64,000 bases of DNA, taken from Pelagibacterales bacterium SAG-MED49 (GTDB taxonomy: Bacteria; Pseudomonadota; Alphaproteobacteria; Pelagibacterales; Pelagibacteraceae). The stretch is taken from assembly GCA_014653365.1 (NCBI GenBank), contig JACWEQ010000004.1, positions 40,997 through 104,996 on the forward strand, in the 5' to 3' direction. Shown piece by piece: positions 9,839-20,850 of the stretch. Within the stretch, counting starts at the first letter, position 1; every line of letters starts with the position of its first letter. The notes under the pieces were generated by a model. It made no database searches. It was not told where the DNA came from and saw only the letters and a list, made by a program, of their open reading frames with translations. A program made the position numbers and the translations under genes.

Positions 9839-11091
9839 TAGTGAGCAACTGCGGCAGCCCCATGTTCATCAACAAGGTCACCACTTACAAATCTATTTAA
9901 ATTAAAGGCTGCATTAAGTTTGTGTGGCTCATCATTTGCTATTGTATGTGCAAATAAATCTCCAGAGCCTGGTGTTGCTTTAAATCCACCTGTTCCCCAA
10001 CCACAATTAAAATATAAACCTTTAACTGAAGTTTTACTTAAGATCGGACTCGCATCAGGGCAAATATCTACAATTCCTCCCCATTGTCTCAACATTCTCA
10101 TTCGACTAAAAATTGGATAAAGTTCTAATATTGCATTGAGTGTTCCCTCAACAATTTGATGACTTCCTTTTTGTGAATATGACACATAATCATCTGTTCC
10201 AGCACCAATCACTAACTCACCCTTGTCAGATTGACTTACATAAGCATGAACAGCGTTCGACATAACGACTGTATCAATAATTGGTTTTACTGGTTCTGAA
10301 ACTAAAGCTTGCAAAGGTTTGCTTTCTAATGGCAAGCGTAAGCCAGCCATATTAGCAATTACACTTGAATGTCCTGCTGCAACTACTCCAACTTTTTTAG
10401 TTTTTATAAAACCTTTTGTAGTTTCAATACCTTCAACATTGTCACCATTTCTTTTAATTCCTTTTACTTCACAGTTCTGAATTATATCAACACCCATTTC
10501 ATCAGCACCTCTTGCATAACCCCAAGCAACAGCATCGTGTCTTGCAGTTCCAGCTCTTCTTTGTAAGGTTCCACCAAGAACAGGATATCTAATGTCTGGA
10601 GATGTATTAATTATTGGACAAAAATTTTTAACTTCTTCAGTACTTAAATAAACTGCATCAATTCCATTTAATCGATTTGCGTGTGTCCTTCTTTTTAAAT
10701 CTCTAACATCTTGCAGATTATGTGCAAGATTCATTACACCTCTTTGGCTAAACATAACATTGTAATTTAATTCTTGAGATAAACCTTCCCAGATTTTTAA
10801 AGCATGATCATAAAGACCTGCACTTGCATCCCATAAATAATTTGATCTTATAATTGTAGTATTTCTTCCAGTGTTTCCACCACCAATCCAACCTTTTTCA
10901 ACAACAGCAATATTCTTCATATTATGTTTCTTAGCTAAATAGTAAGCTGTTGCTAATCCGTGACCACCTCCACCAACAATTACTGCATCGTATTCTTTTT
11001 TAGGCTGTGGATCATTCCACGCTTTTTGCCAATTCTCATGGTAACTAAAAGCATTTTTTATAAGCGAAAATATTGAATATTTGTTTTTCAT
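9838..11091 (-). CDS. soxB: Sarcosine oxidase beta subunit
   Basis: [46 protein letters not shown]. Confidence 0.97.
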   Translation of the reverse strand: MKNKYSIFSLIKNAFSYHENWQKAWNDPQPKKEYDAVIVGGGGHGLATAYYLAKKHNMKNIAVVEKGWIGGGNTGRNTTIIRSNYLWDASAGLYDHALKIWEGLSQELNYNVMFSQRGVMNLAHNLQDVRDLKRRTHANRLNGIDAVYLSTEEVKNFCPIINTSPDIRYPVLGGTLQRRAGTARHDAVAWGYARGADEMGVDIIQNCEVKGIKRNGDNVEGIETTKGFIKTKKVGVVAAGHSSVIANMAGLRLPLESKPLQALVSEPVKPIIDTVVMSNAVHAYVSQSDKGELVIGAGTDDYVSYSQKGSHQIVEGTLNAILELYPIFSRMRMLRQWGGIVDICPDASPILSKTSVKGLYFNCGWGTGGFKATPGSGDLFAHTIANDEPHKLNAAFNLNRFVSGDLVDEHGAAAVAH

Positions 11092-11157
11092 TATTAGGCA
11101 ATAATTACTTTATAAATATTGAATATTCAATACAATCGGATATATCAATGTCGCAGT

Positions 11158-11249
11158 GGAAGAGTGGGTGAGAGGCTGAAACCAGTCGTTTGCTAAATGA
11201 CCGTGCGGGGAAACTTGTACCGAGGGTTCGAATCCCTCCTCTTCCGCCA
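11158..11249 (+). tRNA. tRNA-Ser (GCT)
   Basis: GGAAGAG/CTCTTCC acceptor, anticodon loop TTGCTAA, long variable arm, GGTTCGAATCC, encoded CCA. Confidence 0.96.
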
Positions 11250-13478
11250 CTAAAATAAAGGGTGATCTCTGAAAAAGTCCTTCATTGGGATTGGTTTTTT
11301 TTCTAAAATATATCTATACACATTGTAGTTCTCTAAAACTCTCTGAACATAGTTTCTAGTTTCTCTAAATTTTATTAACTCAACCCAATCAATATAATCA
11401 ATTTGTTTTTTTTGAGGGTTCTTGTTAATTTTTTTCCAATACTTAACTCTATTCGGTCCCGCATTATAAGCGGCTACTGCAAAAGGATAGGCTCCGTCAT
11501 ATTGTAATATTAAACCTGCAATATAGTGAGATCCTAAATTAATATTATACTCTGGATCAGTCGTTAATCTTGACTTTGAATAAGGAAGTTTTGCTTGTTT
11601 AGAAACTAGTTTGGCCGTGTAAGGCATAAGTTGCATTAATCCTTTTGCACCCGCATGACTATTTGCACTTAGATCAAATTCACTTTCCTGTCTAATTATA
11701 GATAAAATAAGTGCACTATCAGGAATTTTACGCCCATTAATAGTTTTAGGTGTGCTTATTATTGGATAATTAAATTTGTTATGAAATCTTTTTTTGTAAG
11801 ATGCTATTTTTGATACTTGAATTGCAAAGTCATACCTTTCAATATTAGTTGCAAGTTCTGCAGCTAAAACTTCACTACCTTTATTAATATTATCATTAGC
11901 AAGATGTCTTAAGATAAATTTAGTATATTTATCTTTTTTTAACTCATTTAAAAGATAGACAATTTTAACTAATTCCTTATTAAAAAAAATATATCTATAT
12001 TTATTATCAACTAACATATCTTTGTTAAGTACAAATTTTTCATTAGGATTTAACTTTAAAAAAGCTAGTTGACCATAATAAGTAGTCAGATATTTTGATG
12101 CTTCTTGATACCATTTGTTTGATTGTGCGCGATCTCCTAATTTTTCATATGTTCTACCAAGCCAAAAAGCTCCTCTAGATGTGCTGATTGGATAATTTAC
12201 GTTATTATAAAAATTGTGAAAATGAACTTTTGCTATTAAAGGATTATTTAAAAAACTTAAAGCTATCCAGCCACTCATCCATTCAGCAGCTGCATAATTA
12301 GAGCCCTTTGTCATTCCATGATTGCTTGAAATTTTATAGGCTATTTCATATTTTTTTTTATAAATAAGTGATCTTGATATTATCTCACGTTCTTTCCACC
12401 ACTTGTCAGGCATCACTAAATAATCTTTATCATTTCTTATCTTTAATAAGATTTCAGTAGATGAGTCTACACGACCTTTTTTTCTTCTCCATTTTAAACG
12501 ATCATAATTCAATCCAGCATCATTTTTAAATTTATCAGGAACATTTTTAATAGCTTGGTCAACACCATAACCTTTTGTCATTAATATTTGTCTGGCTGTA
12601 TATAAAAGTTCGTAATCTTTGGGTAAATATCTTAATAATCTCTTAAGATCCCAATGTTCGCTATTCCATGCCAAATAATCTGCTCTTTTTATATAATCAT
12701 CTGCATTAAGGTATTTTTTGAATTTTTTTCTATAAAATTTTAATTCATTTTTAGATAGATCAGCTGTAACCCATCCTTCTTTAATCAGATCTGTTCCTTT
12801 TACTTTATTTCCAGTTAAAACAAAGCTTTCTCCAAGTATCATCTTTCCAAAACCACTGAATGGTTCTTTTTCACTAAACCAATTAATTATTTTTTTTGGA
12901 GATACTTTTGCAGTCGATAATTTGTGTTCTGCTAAATATCTTAATCTATCTAACCGTGGATATTGACTATTTTGATCTATAAATACCTTGTAATCATAAA
13001 AAGATGCCTGATTTCCTATTGTTAGTAAATACCTCCACTTTATAAAATTATATATGGATTTATCTTTGGCTCTTTTGGCGCTTTTTAAAGATGAGGTCCA
13101 TCTGCTTTTTTGCATTTCAGCAATAGCTTTTTTTGCAATACTAAAATCTTTTTTATTATAATATTTAGATATCTTTACACTTCGAGATGCTGCGGTCCCA
13201 GATATGGATGGTTTTTTTTTTGGAATTTTGAATGATAGTTTTTTATCTTTTTTTATCTTGTTAACTTCAGTAATATTTTTTTCTTCAATCTTAATATTAT
13301 AATTTTTTTTGGGCTTTTTTAATGGTTTTAGAATATTTTTAGATAATTTAATTGCTATTTCTTCATTTGTAAGAGCTGGCTTTTTTAAAGGAATTAATAC
13401 AGATGTTTCAGCAGAAAGATTATTATAATTTAATAAGAATGATATTATCAAACCAATAAATAATAATTTTTTATGCAT
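11250..13478 (-). CDS. slt: Soluble lytic murein transglycosylase (Slt70-like)
   Basis: IIRQESEF, GLMQLMP, AAYNAGP, ETRNYVQRV. Confidence 0.93.
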   Translation of the reverse strand: MHKKLLFIGLIISFLLNYNNLSAETSVLIPLKKPALTNEEIAIKLSKNILKPLKKPKKNYNIKIEEKNITEVNKIKKDKKLSFKIPKKKPSISGTAASRSVKISKYYNKKDFSIAKKAIAEMQKSRWTSSLKSAKRAKDKSIYNFIKWRYLLTIGNQASFYDYKVFIDQNSQYPRLDRLRYLAEHKLSTAKVSPKKIINWFSEKEPFSGFGKMILGESFVLTGNKVKGTDLIKEGWVTADLSKNELKFYRKKFKKYLNADDYIKRADYLAWNSEHWDLKRLLRYLPKDYELLYTARQILMTKGYGVDQAIKNVPDKFKNDAGLNYDRLKWRRKKGRVDSSTEILLKIRNDKDYLVMPDKWWKEREIISRSLIYKKKYEIAYKISSNHGMTKGSNYAAAEWMSGWIALSFLNNPLIAKVHFHNFYNNVNYPISTSRGAFWLGRTYEKLGDRAQSNKWYQEASKYLTTYYGQLAFLKLNPNEKFVLNKDMLVDNKYRYIFFNKELVKIVYLLNELKKDKYTKFILRHLANDNINKGSEVLAAELATNIERYDFAIQVSKIASYKKRFHNKFNYPIISTPKTINGRKIPDSALILSIIRQESEFDLSANSHAGAKGLMQLMPYTAKLVSKQAKLPYSKSRLTTDPEYNINLGSHYIAGLILQYDGAYPFAVAAYNAGPNRVKYWKKINKNPQKKQIDYIDWVELIKFRETRNYVQRVLENYNVYRYILEKKPIPMKDFFRDHPLF

Positions 13479-13521
13479 AATCTTTTAGTATATGAATCTA
13501 TAAACTATGTTATAAGTATTT

Positions 13522-14403
13522 ATGTTCAAAGGATCAAATGTTGCTTTAATCACGCCATTTAAAAATAATAGCCTTGATGAAGAAGCTTATATAAAATTAA
13601 TCCATTTTCATATGGATAATGGAACTAGCGGTCTTGTACCAGCTGGCACTACAGGTGAGTCTCCCACATTAAATCATGATGAGCATCAAAGAGTTATTGA
13701 TTTATGCATAAATGAAAGTAGCGGCAAAATTCCTGTAATAGCTGGAACTGGATCAAATTCAACGGAGGAAGCAATTTCTTTAACTTCACATGCTGAAAAA
13801 GCAGGTGCTAATGGAGCTCTAATTGTAACCCCTTATTATAACAAACCTACACAAGAAGGATTGTACCAACACTATAAAGCTATCAATGATAAATGCGGAA
13901 TTCCTATTATAATTTATAATATACCAGGTAGATCTGTAATAGATATGTCAGTTGATACTATGGCCAGATTATTTGAATTAAAAAATATAGTCGGCGTAAA
14001 AGATGCAACAGGAAATCTTGATAGAGTCAATCAACAATTATCTAAAATGGGTAAAGAATTTATTCAAATGACAGGAAATGATGAAAATGCGTTTGAATTT
14101 AATAAAAGAGGTGGTGTTGGAGCAATAAGTGTTACCGCAAATATAGCACCAAAGCTTTGTTCAGATTTTCAAAAACTTTCTGTCTCTAAAGATGAAAATG
14201 ATATAATTGAAGCTAAAAAATTAGATAGTATTTTGCAACCAGTTCATGACGCAATGTTTGTTGAGAGCAACCCAAGTCCAGTTAAGTTTGGAGCTAAGTT
14301 AATGAACTTATGTGATGATGAAGTTAGACTGCCTTTAGTGAAGGCGACTGATGGAGCAAAAACAATTATAAAAAAAGCTTTAGAGTCAGCAAAATTGATT
14401 TAA
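13522..14403 (+). CDS. dapA: 4-hydroxy-tetrahydrodipicolinate synthase
   Basis: GTTGES, PYYNKP, YNIPGRS, GVKDATG. Confidence 0.97.
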   Translation: MFKGSNVALITPFKNNSLDEEAYIKLIHFHMDNGTSGLVPAGTTGESPTLNHDEHQRVIDLCINESSGKIPVIAGTGSNSTEEAISLTSHAEKAGANGALIVTPYYNKPTQEGLYQHYKAINDKCGIPIIIYNIPGRSVIDMSVDTMARLFELKNIVGVKDATGNLDRVNQQLSKMGKEFIQMTGNDENAFEFNKRGGVGAISVTANIAPKLCSDFQKLSVSKDENDIIEAKKLDSILQPVHDAMFVESNPSPVKFGAKLMNLCDDEVRLPLVKATDGAKTIIKKALESAKLI

Positions 14404-14873
14404 TGAACAAAAAAACCAATCCTGGTTTAAAAATTATTTGTTTAAACAGAAAAGCTAGTTTCAATTATTTTTTTGAAGACCTTTTAGAAGCAGGAATTGT
14501 TTTAAAAGGTTCAGAAATTAAATCTATTAGAGATGGAAAAGTTAATATAGCAGATTCATACGCTGTTGAAAAAAATGGAGAATTAGTTTTAATTAATTCT
14601 CATATAGCAGCATATAAGCAAGCAAGCTATTCTAATCATGGCCCCACAGATGAAAGAAAGCTTTTACTTAATAAGAAAGAAATTAATAAGTTAATTGGAA
14701 AGATGCAGAGAGATGGTTTTACAATAGTTCCAACCAAAATGTATTTTAAAAAAGGGAAGGCTAAAATTGAATTAGCAGTTGCTAAAGGTAAAAAACAATT
14801 TGATAAAAGAGCTACGAAGAAAAATAGGGATTGGAACCGTGACAAAGCAAGATACATCAGAAAATCAAGCTAA
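14403..14873 (+). CDS. smpB: SsrA-binding protein
   Basis: [26 protein letters not shown]. Confidence 0.97.
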   Translation: MNKKTNPGLKIICLNRKASFNYFFEDLLEAGIVLKGSEIKSIRDGKVNIADSYAVEKNGELVLINSHIAAYKQASYSNHGPTDERKLLLNKKEINKLIGKMQRDGFTIVPTKMYFKKGKAKIELAVAKGKKQFDKRATKKNRDWNRDKARYIRKSS

Positions 14874-15351
14874 AAATATTTACCTAGGTATAGGCTCAAA
14901 TCTTGGAAATAGAATAACCAATATTGAAAAGGCGAAATTATTATTAAAGGAAAAAAATATAAAATTAATCTCAATTTCGAAATATTATGAAACTCCATCA
15001 TGGCCAAATCCAAAAAATCCAAAATTTATAAATATTGTTTTAAAAATTAAATGCCAAATTGAACCATATAAACTTTTGAGTATTTGCAAATCTATTGAAG
15101 TTAAACTAGGAAGAAAAAAAGCAGCTAGAAATTCACCACGTGTATGTGATATTGATATAATTGATTTTAATGGTTTAATTTTAAATGATAAAATAAATTT
15201 ACCTCACAAAATGATGCATAAAAGAAGCTTTGTTTTATTTCCTCTGTTTGAAATTGAAAAAAACTGGGTTCACCCAATTAAAAAAACTAATATAAAAAAG
15301 TTGATTTTTTCCCTATCAAATGAAGATATTAGATCTATTAAACAAATTTGA
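14839..15351 (+). CDS. folK: 6-hydroxymethyl-7,8-dihydropterin pyrophosphokinase
   Basis: [26 protein letters not shown]; probable GTG start at 14839 overlapping smpB. Confidence 0.93.
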   Translation: MTKQDTSENQAKNIYLGIGSNLGNRITNIEKAKLLLKEKNIKLISISKYYETPSWPNPKNPKFINIVLKIKCQIEPYKLLSICKSIEVKLGRKKAARNSPRVCDIDIIDFNGLILNDKINLPHKMMHKRSFVLFPLFEIEKNWVHPIKKTNIKKLIFSLSNEDIRSIKQI

Positions 15352-15370
15352 ATTAATGTTATAATGAAAT

Positions 15371-17116
15371 ATGCTTAATTCTACTGATCTTATTAATAAG
15401 GTAAAAGTTTACAATAAATTCCTGAATCATGAGAGACTGGATAAAGCTTATAACTTTGCTGTTAAGGCTCACCATAATCAAAAAAGAGCATCTGGGGACC
15501 CATATTCTGTTCATCCGATTGAAGTAGCAAATATTTTAACAGATTTAAAATTAGATAGTGCAACAATTACCACCGGGTTGTTGCATGACACTATAGAGGA
15601 TACTTTTGCAACATACGAAACTATAAAAAATGAATTTGGTGATGAAGTTGCAGATTTAGTTGAAGGTGTTACAAAAATTTCAGTATTTGAAAATACAGCT
15701 GGAGCAAATTCTAAAGTTGAAAATTTTAGAAAATTAATTTTAGCTACCTCAAAAGATATAAGAGTTTTATTAGTTAAAATAGCTGATCGATTACATAATA
15801 TGAGAACGATAAAAGCTATTACAAAAGAAGAAAAGAAATTGAGGATAGCACAAGAAACTATGGAAATTTATGCCCCTCTAGCAGATAGAATGGGCATGCA
15901 TACAATTAGAGATGAACTTGAAGATTTATCATTCGAAATATTAAATAATGATGCAAGAATATTAATTAAGAAAAGACTTGATGAAATTAAATTGGACACA
16001 AAAGATGTATTTGAAGTTCTTTCTTTTGAATTAAGTGAAATTTTAAATGAAAATCATATTAATGCTGAAATTTATGGAAGAGAAAAAACACCTTTTTCTA
16101 TATGGAGAAAAGTACAAAAAAAAAGGGTGTCTTTAGAGCAAATTACAGACATTATTGGTTTTAGAATTATTTTAGATAACATTGATGATTGCTACAAGAC
16201 ATTAGGTATTTTCCATAAAAGATGGAACTGTATACCTGGAAAATTTAAAGATTACATATCTTCACCAAAAATTAATGGATATGAGTCAATTCATACTTCA
16301 GTAATAGGATCTAAAAAAAAACCAATTGAAATACAGATTAGAACTAAAAAAATGCACGAATTTGCAGAACGAGGTGTTGCATCTCATTGGCAATATAAAT
16401 CTTCTGAACGTTTTAACGCCTTAAGCTGGAAAGAATACGATTGGTTGAAAGATCTAGTTGAAATTATAGAAAAAAATGAAAATCCAGAACATTCTTATGA
16501 ATATACCAAACTTCAAATGTTTCAGGAAAATGTTTTTTGTTTCACTCCAAAAGGTTCAGTAATTAAGTTACCAAAAGATGCTACAGCTATAGATTTTGCT
16601 TATGCCGTTCACACAAAGGTTGGAAATACAGCAATTGGTTGTGAAATCAATGGAAACAAATCTGAATTACAAGACATATTAAGAAATGGTGATAGGGTAA
16701 ATATAATTACATCAAAAAATCAATCACCATCACTTCACTGGATACCCACCACTAAAACAGGTAAAGCTAGAGCAGCAATAAGAAGGTATTGGCACGATAA
16801 AGGAGAACAAAAAGAAGAAAGAACCAAAAAATATAACACTACATTATGGATATCTCTGCCTGATCAACCAGGCCAACTTGGAGATATAAGCTCATTAATA
16901 GGTAGTCACAAACTAAATATTTCCAATGTTGAAATGGCTGGAAAAAACTTGAAGTATATAAATTTTAAATTCAAATTAATAATAACTAACCTCAAAAACT
17001 TTACAAATTTTATTGCAGAGCTTAAACAAAAAGGTATAAAATTTAAGATAATTAGACACGAAGATAAAAGAAATGCTTTCACACAAAAAATCCTTAGATA
17101 TTTTAAAAAAAACTAA
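15371..17116 (+). CDS. spoT: Bifunctional (p)ppGpp synthetase/hydrolase (RSH)
   Basis: HDTIED hydrolase motif, ADRLHNMRT, EIQIRT, TGS (DFAYAVHT) and ACT domains. Confidence 0.95.
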   Translation: MLNSTDLINKVKVYNKFLNHERLDKAYNFAVKAHHNQKRASGDPYSVHPIEVANILTDLKLDSATITTGLLHDTIEDTFATYETIKNEFGDEVADLVEGVTKISVFENTAGANSKVENFRKLILATSKDIRVLLVKIADRLHNMRTIKAITKEEKKLRIAQETMEIYAPLADRMGMHTIRDELEDLSFEILNNDARILIKKRLDEIKLDTKDVFEVLSFELSEILNENHINAEIYGREKTPFSIWRKVQKKRVSLEQITDIIGFRIILDNIDDCYKTLGIFHKRWNCIPGKFKDYISSPKINGYESIHTSVIGSKKKPIEIQIRTKKMHEFAERGVASHWQYKSSERFNALSWKEYDWLKDLVEIIEKNENPEHSYEYTKLQMFQENVFCFTPKGSVIKLPKDATAIDFAYAVHTKVGNTAIGCEINGNKSELQDILRNGDRVNIITSKNQSPSLHWIPTTKTGKARAAIRRYWHDKGEQKEERTKKYNTTLWISLPDQPGQLGDISSLIGSHKLNISNVEMAGKNLKYINFKFKLIITNLKNFTNFIAELKQKGIKFKIIRHEDKRNAFTQKILRYFKKN

Positions 17117-17660
17117 TGCACTCCTAGAAGGACATTTTGTTTTATCTTCAGGCTTACATTCGTCAAAATATATTCAATGCGCAAAACTTTTAAGTTATCC
17201 CGTATTAGCAGAAAAGATCTGTAAATCTTTAGCTAATAAAATTAAGAAAAAACATAAAAAGATTGATTTGATTTTAGCACCTGCAATGGGGGGTGTTATT
17301 ATTGGCTATGAAATAGGCAAACTATTAAAAAAAGAAACAATTTTTTGTGAGAGAGTAAATGGAAAATTTACTTTAAGACGAGGTTTTAATATTAAAAAAA
17401 GGTCTAAAGTTTTGATCATAGAAGATGTCATAACGACAGGAAAATCTAGTATTGAATGTGTAAAACTAATTAAAAAAGCAAATGCTACACTTTTAGGTTT
17501 TGCATCAATAATTGATAGATCAACTAAAAAATCACTAAAAATTAAATCAGGTATTACATCTCATTTAAAAATTGACGTACCTACATTCAGTTCAAAAAAA
17601 TTACCTAACAGTCTTAAGTTAATCCCTATCACAACACCCGGAAGTAGATTTATTAAGTGA
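17073..17660 (+). CDS. pyrE: Orotate phosphoribosyltransferase
   Basis: GHFVLSSGLHS, IIEDVITTGKS. Confidence 0.95.
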   Translation: MLSHKKSLDILKKTNALLEGHFVLSSGLHSSKYIQCAKLLSYPVLAEKICKSLANKIKKKHKKIDLILAPAMGGVIIGYEIGKLLKKETIFCERVNGKFTLRRGFNIKKRSKVLIIEDVITTGKSSIECVKLIKKANATLLGFASIIDRSTKKSLKIKSGITSHLKIDVPTFSSKKLPNSLKLIPITTPGSRFIK

Positions 17661-18376
17661 AAAGACTAGGTGTAAATATTGATCACATAGCAACATTAAG
17701 AAATGCTAGAGGGGAGATACACCCTGACCCTTTTTATGCGGCATCTGAAGTAGTTAAGATGGGAGCAGATTCTGTTACAATTCATTTACGTGAAGATAGG
17801 AGGCACATTAATGATTTAGATGCTAAAAAAATTTGTAAGTTAAAAAATATATTGGTCAATCTAGAAATTTCAATGAATGATAAAATTATTAAAAATGCGC
17901 TCAAAATTAAACCTAATTATATTTGTATTGTTCCGGAAAATAGAAATGAAGTAACAACAGAAGGGGGACTAAATTTAGATAAAAATCAAAAAAAATTAAA
18001 AAATATAATTCAAATATTTAAACAAGCTAAAATTCGTACAAGTTTGTTTGTAAATCCAACGATAAAAGATATTAAAATTTCAAATGATTTAAATGCAGAT
18101 TGTGTTGAAATACATACAGGAAGACTTTCAAACTTGGTAAAAGCAAAAGAAAATTATAATGCAGAATTAAATAGAATTAAAAAAAGTTCGGTACTTGCAA
18201 AAAAACTTAATATTGAAGTGCATGCTGGTCATGGACTTGATTATCAAACAACAAAAATACTCTCCAAGATTAATGAAATTCAAGAATTTAATATTGGTCA
18301 TTTTATTATTGGAGAGTCTATTTTTTTTGGTTTATCAAAAGTTATTAGTAATTTTAAAGAAATTATAAAAAAATAA
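17657..18376 (+). CDS. pdxJ: Pyridoxine 5'-phosphate synthase
   Basis: LGVNIDHIATLRNAR, HLREDRRHI, TTEGG, HAGHGL. Confidence 0.97.
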   Translation: MKRLGVNIDHIATLRNARGEIHPDPFYAASEVVKMGADSVTIHLREDRRHINDLDAKKICKLKNILVNLEISMNDKIIKNALKIKPNYICIVPENRNEVTTEGGLNLDKNQKKLKNIIQIFKQAKIRTSLFVNPTIKDIKISNDLNADCVEIHTGRLSNLVKAKENYNAELNRIKKSSVLAKKLNIEVHAGHGLDYQTTKILSKINEIQEFNIGHFIIGESIFFGLSKVISNFKEIIKK

Positions 18377-18379
18377 TTT

Positions 18380-18766
18380 ATGAAAATTCTTGGTATAGGA
18401 GTTGATATAATTGAAAATAAAAGAATTAAAAACTCAATAAAGAATGTTAAGTTTAAGAAAAGAATTTATAGCAGTAAAGAACTTACTCAATCAATTTTAT
18501 CCAAAAATAAAGTAGGCTATTTTTCTAAAAGATTTGCTGCAAAAGAAGCTTTTGCTAAAGCTTTAGGAACGGGTTTTAGGGGTAATCTTAACTTTAATGA
18601 TATAGAGATAATTAATGATAAAATGGGTAAACCGTATTATTTAAAAACAAAAAAAATTACTAAGTTAATTCAAATGAAATTTAAAATTAACAAATTTAAT
18701 TGTTTTCTTTCAATTTCAGATGAAAAGGATTACTCAACTGCATTCGCTATAATTCAATCAATATGA
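18380..18766 (+). CDS. acpS: Holo-ACP synthase
   Basis: GIGVDI, RFAAKEAFAKALGTG. Confidence 0.96.
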   Translation: MKILGIGVDIIENKRIKNSIKNVKFKKRIYSSKELTQSILSKNKVGYFSKRFAAKEAFAKALGTGFRGNLNFNDIEIINDKMGKPYYLKTKKITKLIQMKFKINKFNCFLSISDEKDYSTAFAIIQSI

Positions 18767-19500
18767 AACTAGATAAAAATTTTTTTTCAGAAAATATTAA
18801 AACACTATTTTACGCACTTATAATTGCAGTTATAATTAGATCTTTATTAATTCAACCTTTTTATATTCCATCATCATCCATGGAGCCTACTTTATTAGTT
18901 GGTGATAGACTTTTCGTAACAAAGTATTCTTATGGTTATAGCAAACATTCTTTTCCTTTTAGTCCTCCTATATTAAATAAAAGAATCATGTTTAGTAGTC
19001 CTAAAAGAGGAGATGTTATAGTTTTTAAAACACCAGCTGACAATAGAACTGATTACATTAAAAGATTAATAGGTTTACCCGGTGATCAAATTCAATTTAT
19101 AGACGCAAATTTATATTTAAATAATAGTGAAATATTCAAATCTAAAGTTTTAAATAAAACTAAAATATATTGCGGTAATAGATCAATCGATATTTTTAAG
19201 TTTGAAGAAAAACTACCTAATGGAAAAAAATTTCATACAGTTTATTTAAAAGATTATACTTATCAAAACTCTGATATTTTTATAGTTCCAAAAGATCATT
19301 ATTTTTTTTTAGGAGATAATAGAGATTGTTCTAAAGATAGTAGATTTCTATCAAGTGTTGGTTATGTACATAAAGATAATTTAGTAGGTAAAGCTCAGTT
19401 TATTTTTTTTTCATCTGATAAAAAAATTGGTAGTATTTTTGCTTTTTGGAAATGGCACAAATCAATAAGGTTTGATAGAACTTTTGATAAAATAAATTAA
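18763..19500 (+). CDS. lepB: Signal peptidase I
   Basis: SSSMEPTL, YIKRLIGLPGD, GDNRDCSKDSR. Confidence 0.96.
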   Translation: MKLDKNFFSENIKTLFYALIIAVIIRSLLIQPFYIPSSSMEPTLLVGDRLFVTKYSYGYSKHSFPFSPPILNKRIMFSSPKRGDVIVFKTPADNRTDYIKRLIGLPGDQIQFIDANLYLNNSEIFKSKVLNKTKIYCGNRSIDIFKFEEKLPNGKKFHTVYLKDYTYQNSDIFIVPKDHYFFLGDNRDCSKDSRFLSSVGYVHKDNLVGKAQFIFFSSDKKIGSIFAFWKWHKSIRFDRTFDKIN

Positions 19501-20162
19501 TGAAGATTAATTACCAAGTATTAGAGAAAAAACTAAATATTAAATTTAAAAATAGAGATTTTTTATGCCAATCACTTACGCATAAAAGTTTTGATTCAAA
19601 AAACAATAATGAAAAACTTGAGTTTTTAGGGGATCGTGTACTTGGTTTGGTAATTGCAAAAAAACTTCTAGAAATATATCCATATGAAAAAGAAGGTATT
19701 TTAGATAAAAAATTTGCATCTTTGGTAAATAAAAATACCTGCTTAGAAATAGCAAAAAATATAAAATTAGAAAATTTTATTCTAACATTTAACCCAAAAA
19801 ATAAATCCATCAAAATAGAAGACAAAATTATTTCTGATTGTTGTGAAGCTTTAGTAGGTGCCATCTATCTTGAAAAAGGGTTTGGTATAGTTGAAAAATT
19901 TATATTAGAGTTATGGCAAAATCATATTAAAAGAAGTGTGATTACTCAAATTGATGCAAAAACAAAATTACAAGAATTAGCATTAAAAAATTTTAAAAAA
20001 CTTCCAACATATAAAGTAATTGCCAATACAGGTCCACGTCACAAACCTTTATTTAAAGTTGGTGTAAAACTTCCTAATACAAAATATTTTATTGCATCTG
20101 GTAAATCTAAAAAAGATGCAGAACAAAATGCAGCCACAGAATGTTTAAAAAGTATAAAGTAA
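19500..20162 (+). CDS. rnc: Ribonuclease III
   Basis: NEKLEFLGDRVL, EALVGAIYL, dsRBD. Confidence 0.96.
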   Translation: MKINYQVLEKKLNIKFKNRDFLCQSLTHKSFDSKNNNEKLEFLGDRVLGLVIAKKLLEIYPYEKEGILDKKFASLVNKNTCLEIAKNIKLENFILTFNPKNKSIKIEDKIISDCCEALVGAIYLEKGFGIVEKFILELWQNHIKRSVITQIDAKTKLQELALKNFKKLPTYKVIANTGPRHKPLFKVGVKLPNTKYFIASGKSKKDAEQNAATECLKSIK

Positions 20163-20169
20163 ATCTATT

Positions 20170-20850
20170 ATGAATTGGAGCGATGAAGGTTTTTTATTAA
20201 GTAAAAATAGGTATAGTGAAAATTCCTTAATTACAGAAATATATACTAAAGACTACGGAAAAGTATCAGGTATCATTTTTGGTGGGACTTCAAAAAAGAT
20301 TAAAAATTATCTACAAATAGGAAATAAACTGCATGTTAATTATAATTCTAAAAATGAAAATCGAATTGGTTACTTTAAGATTGAAATTTTAAATGCTTAT
20401 AGTCCATTGTATTTTGACCATAAACAAAAATTATCTTGTATCACTACAGCAACAAATTTGATCAAAATTTTAACAGCTGATTCTCAAGCAAATAATAAAG
20501 TTTACGATTTAATAAATAATCTTTTTTTAATCTTAAAGGATGAAGATTGGTTAAAAAGATATATTTTTTGGGAATTAGAGTTATTAAAACTACTTGGATA
20601 TGATCTTGAATTAGAAAATCTTGTTGAAAAAGATATCCTAGATAATGAAACTGTTTATTACGCTAGTTCTTCCTCTGAAAAAAAATTTGTTCCTAATTTC
20701 TTAATTGAAAAAGATTTGAAAGTTGATGATGTTAAAACTTTATTAAGTGGTTTAAAATTAGTTGGAGATTATCTTGATAAAACTATTTTAAAACCTAATA
20801 ACTTAAGTTATCCAAATAGTAGATTATTATTTATCAATTCTTTTAAATAG
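20170..20850 (+). CDS. recO: DNA repair protein RecO
   Basis: MNWSDEG start, WELELLKLLGY; position after rnc. Confidence 0.88.
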   Translation: MNWSDEGFLLSKNRYSENSLITEIYTKDYGKVSGIIFGGTSKKIKNYLQIGNKLHVNYNSKNENRIGYFKIEILNAYSPLYFDHKQKLSCITTATNLIKILTADSQANNKVYDLINNLFLILKDEDWLKRYIFWELELLKLLGYDLELENLVEKDILDNETVYYASSSSEKKFVPNFLIEKDLKVDDVKTLLSGLKLVGDYLDKTILKPNNLSYPNSRLLFINSFK

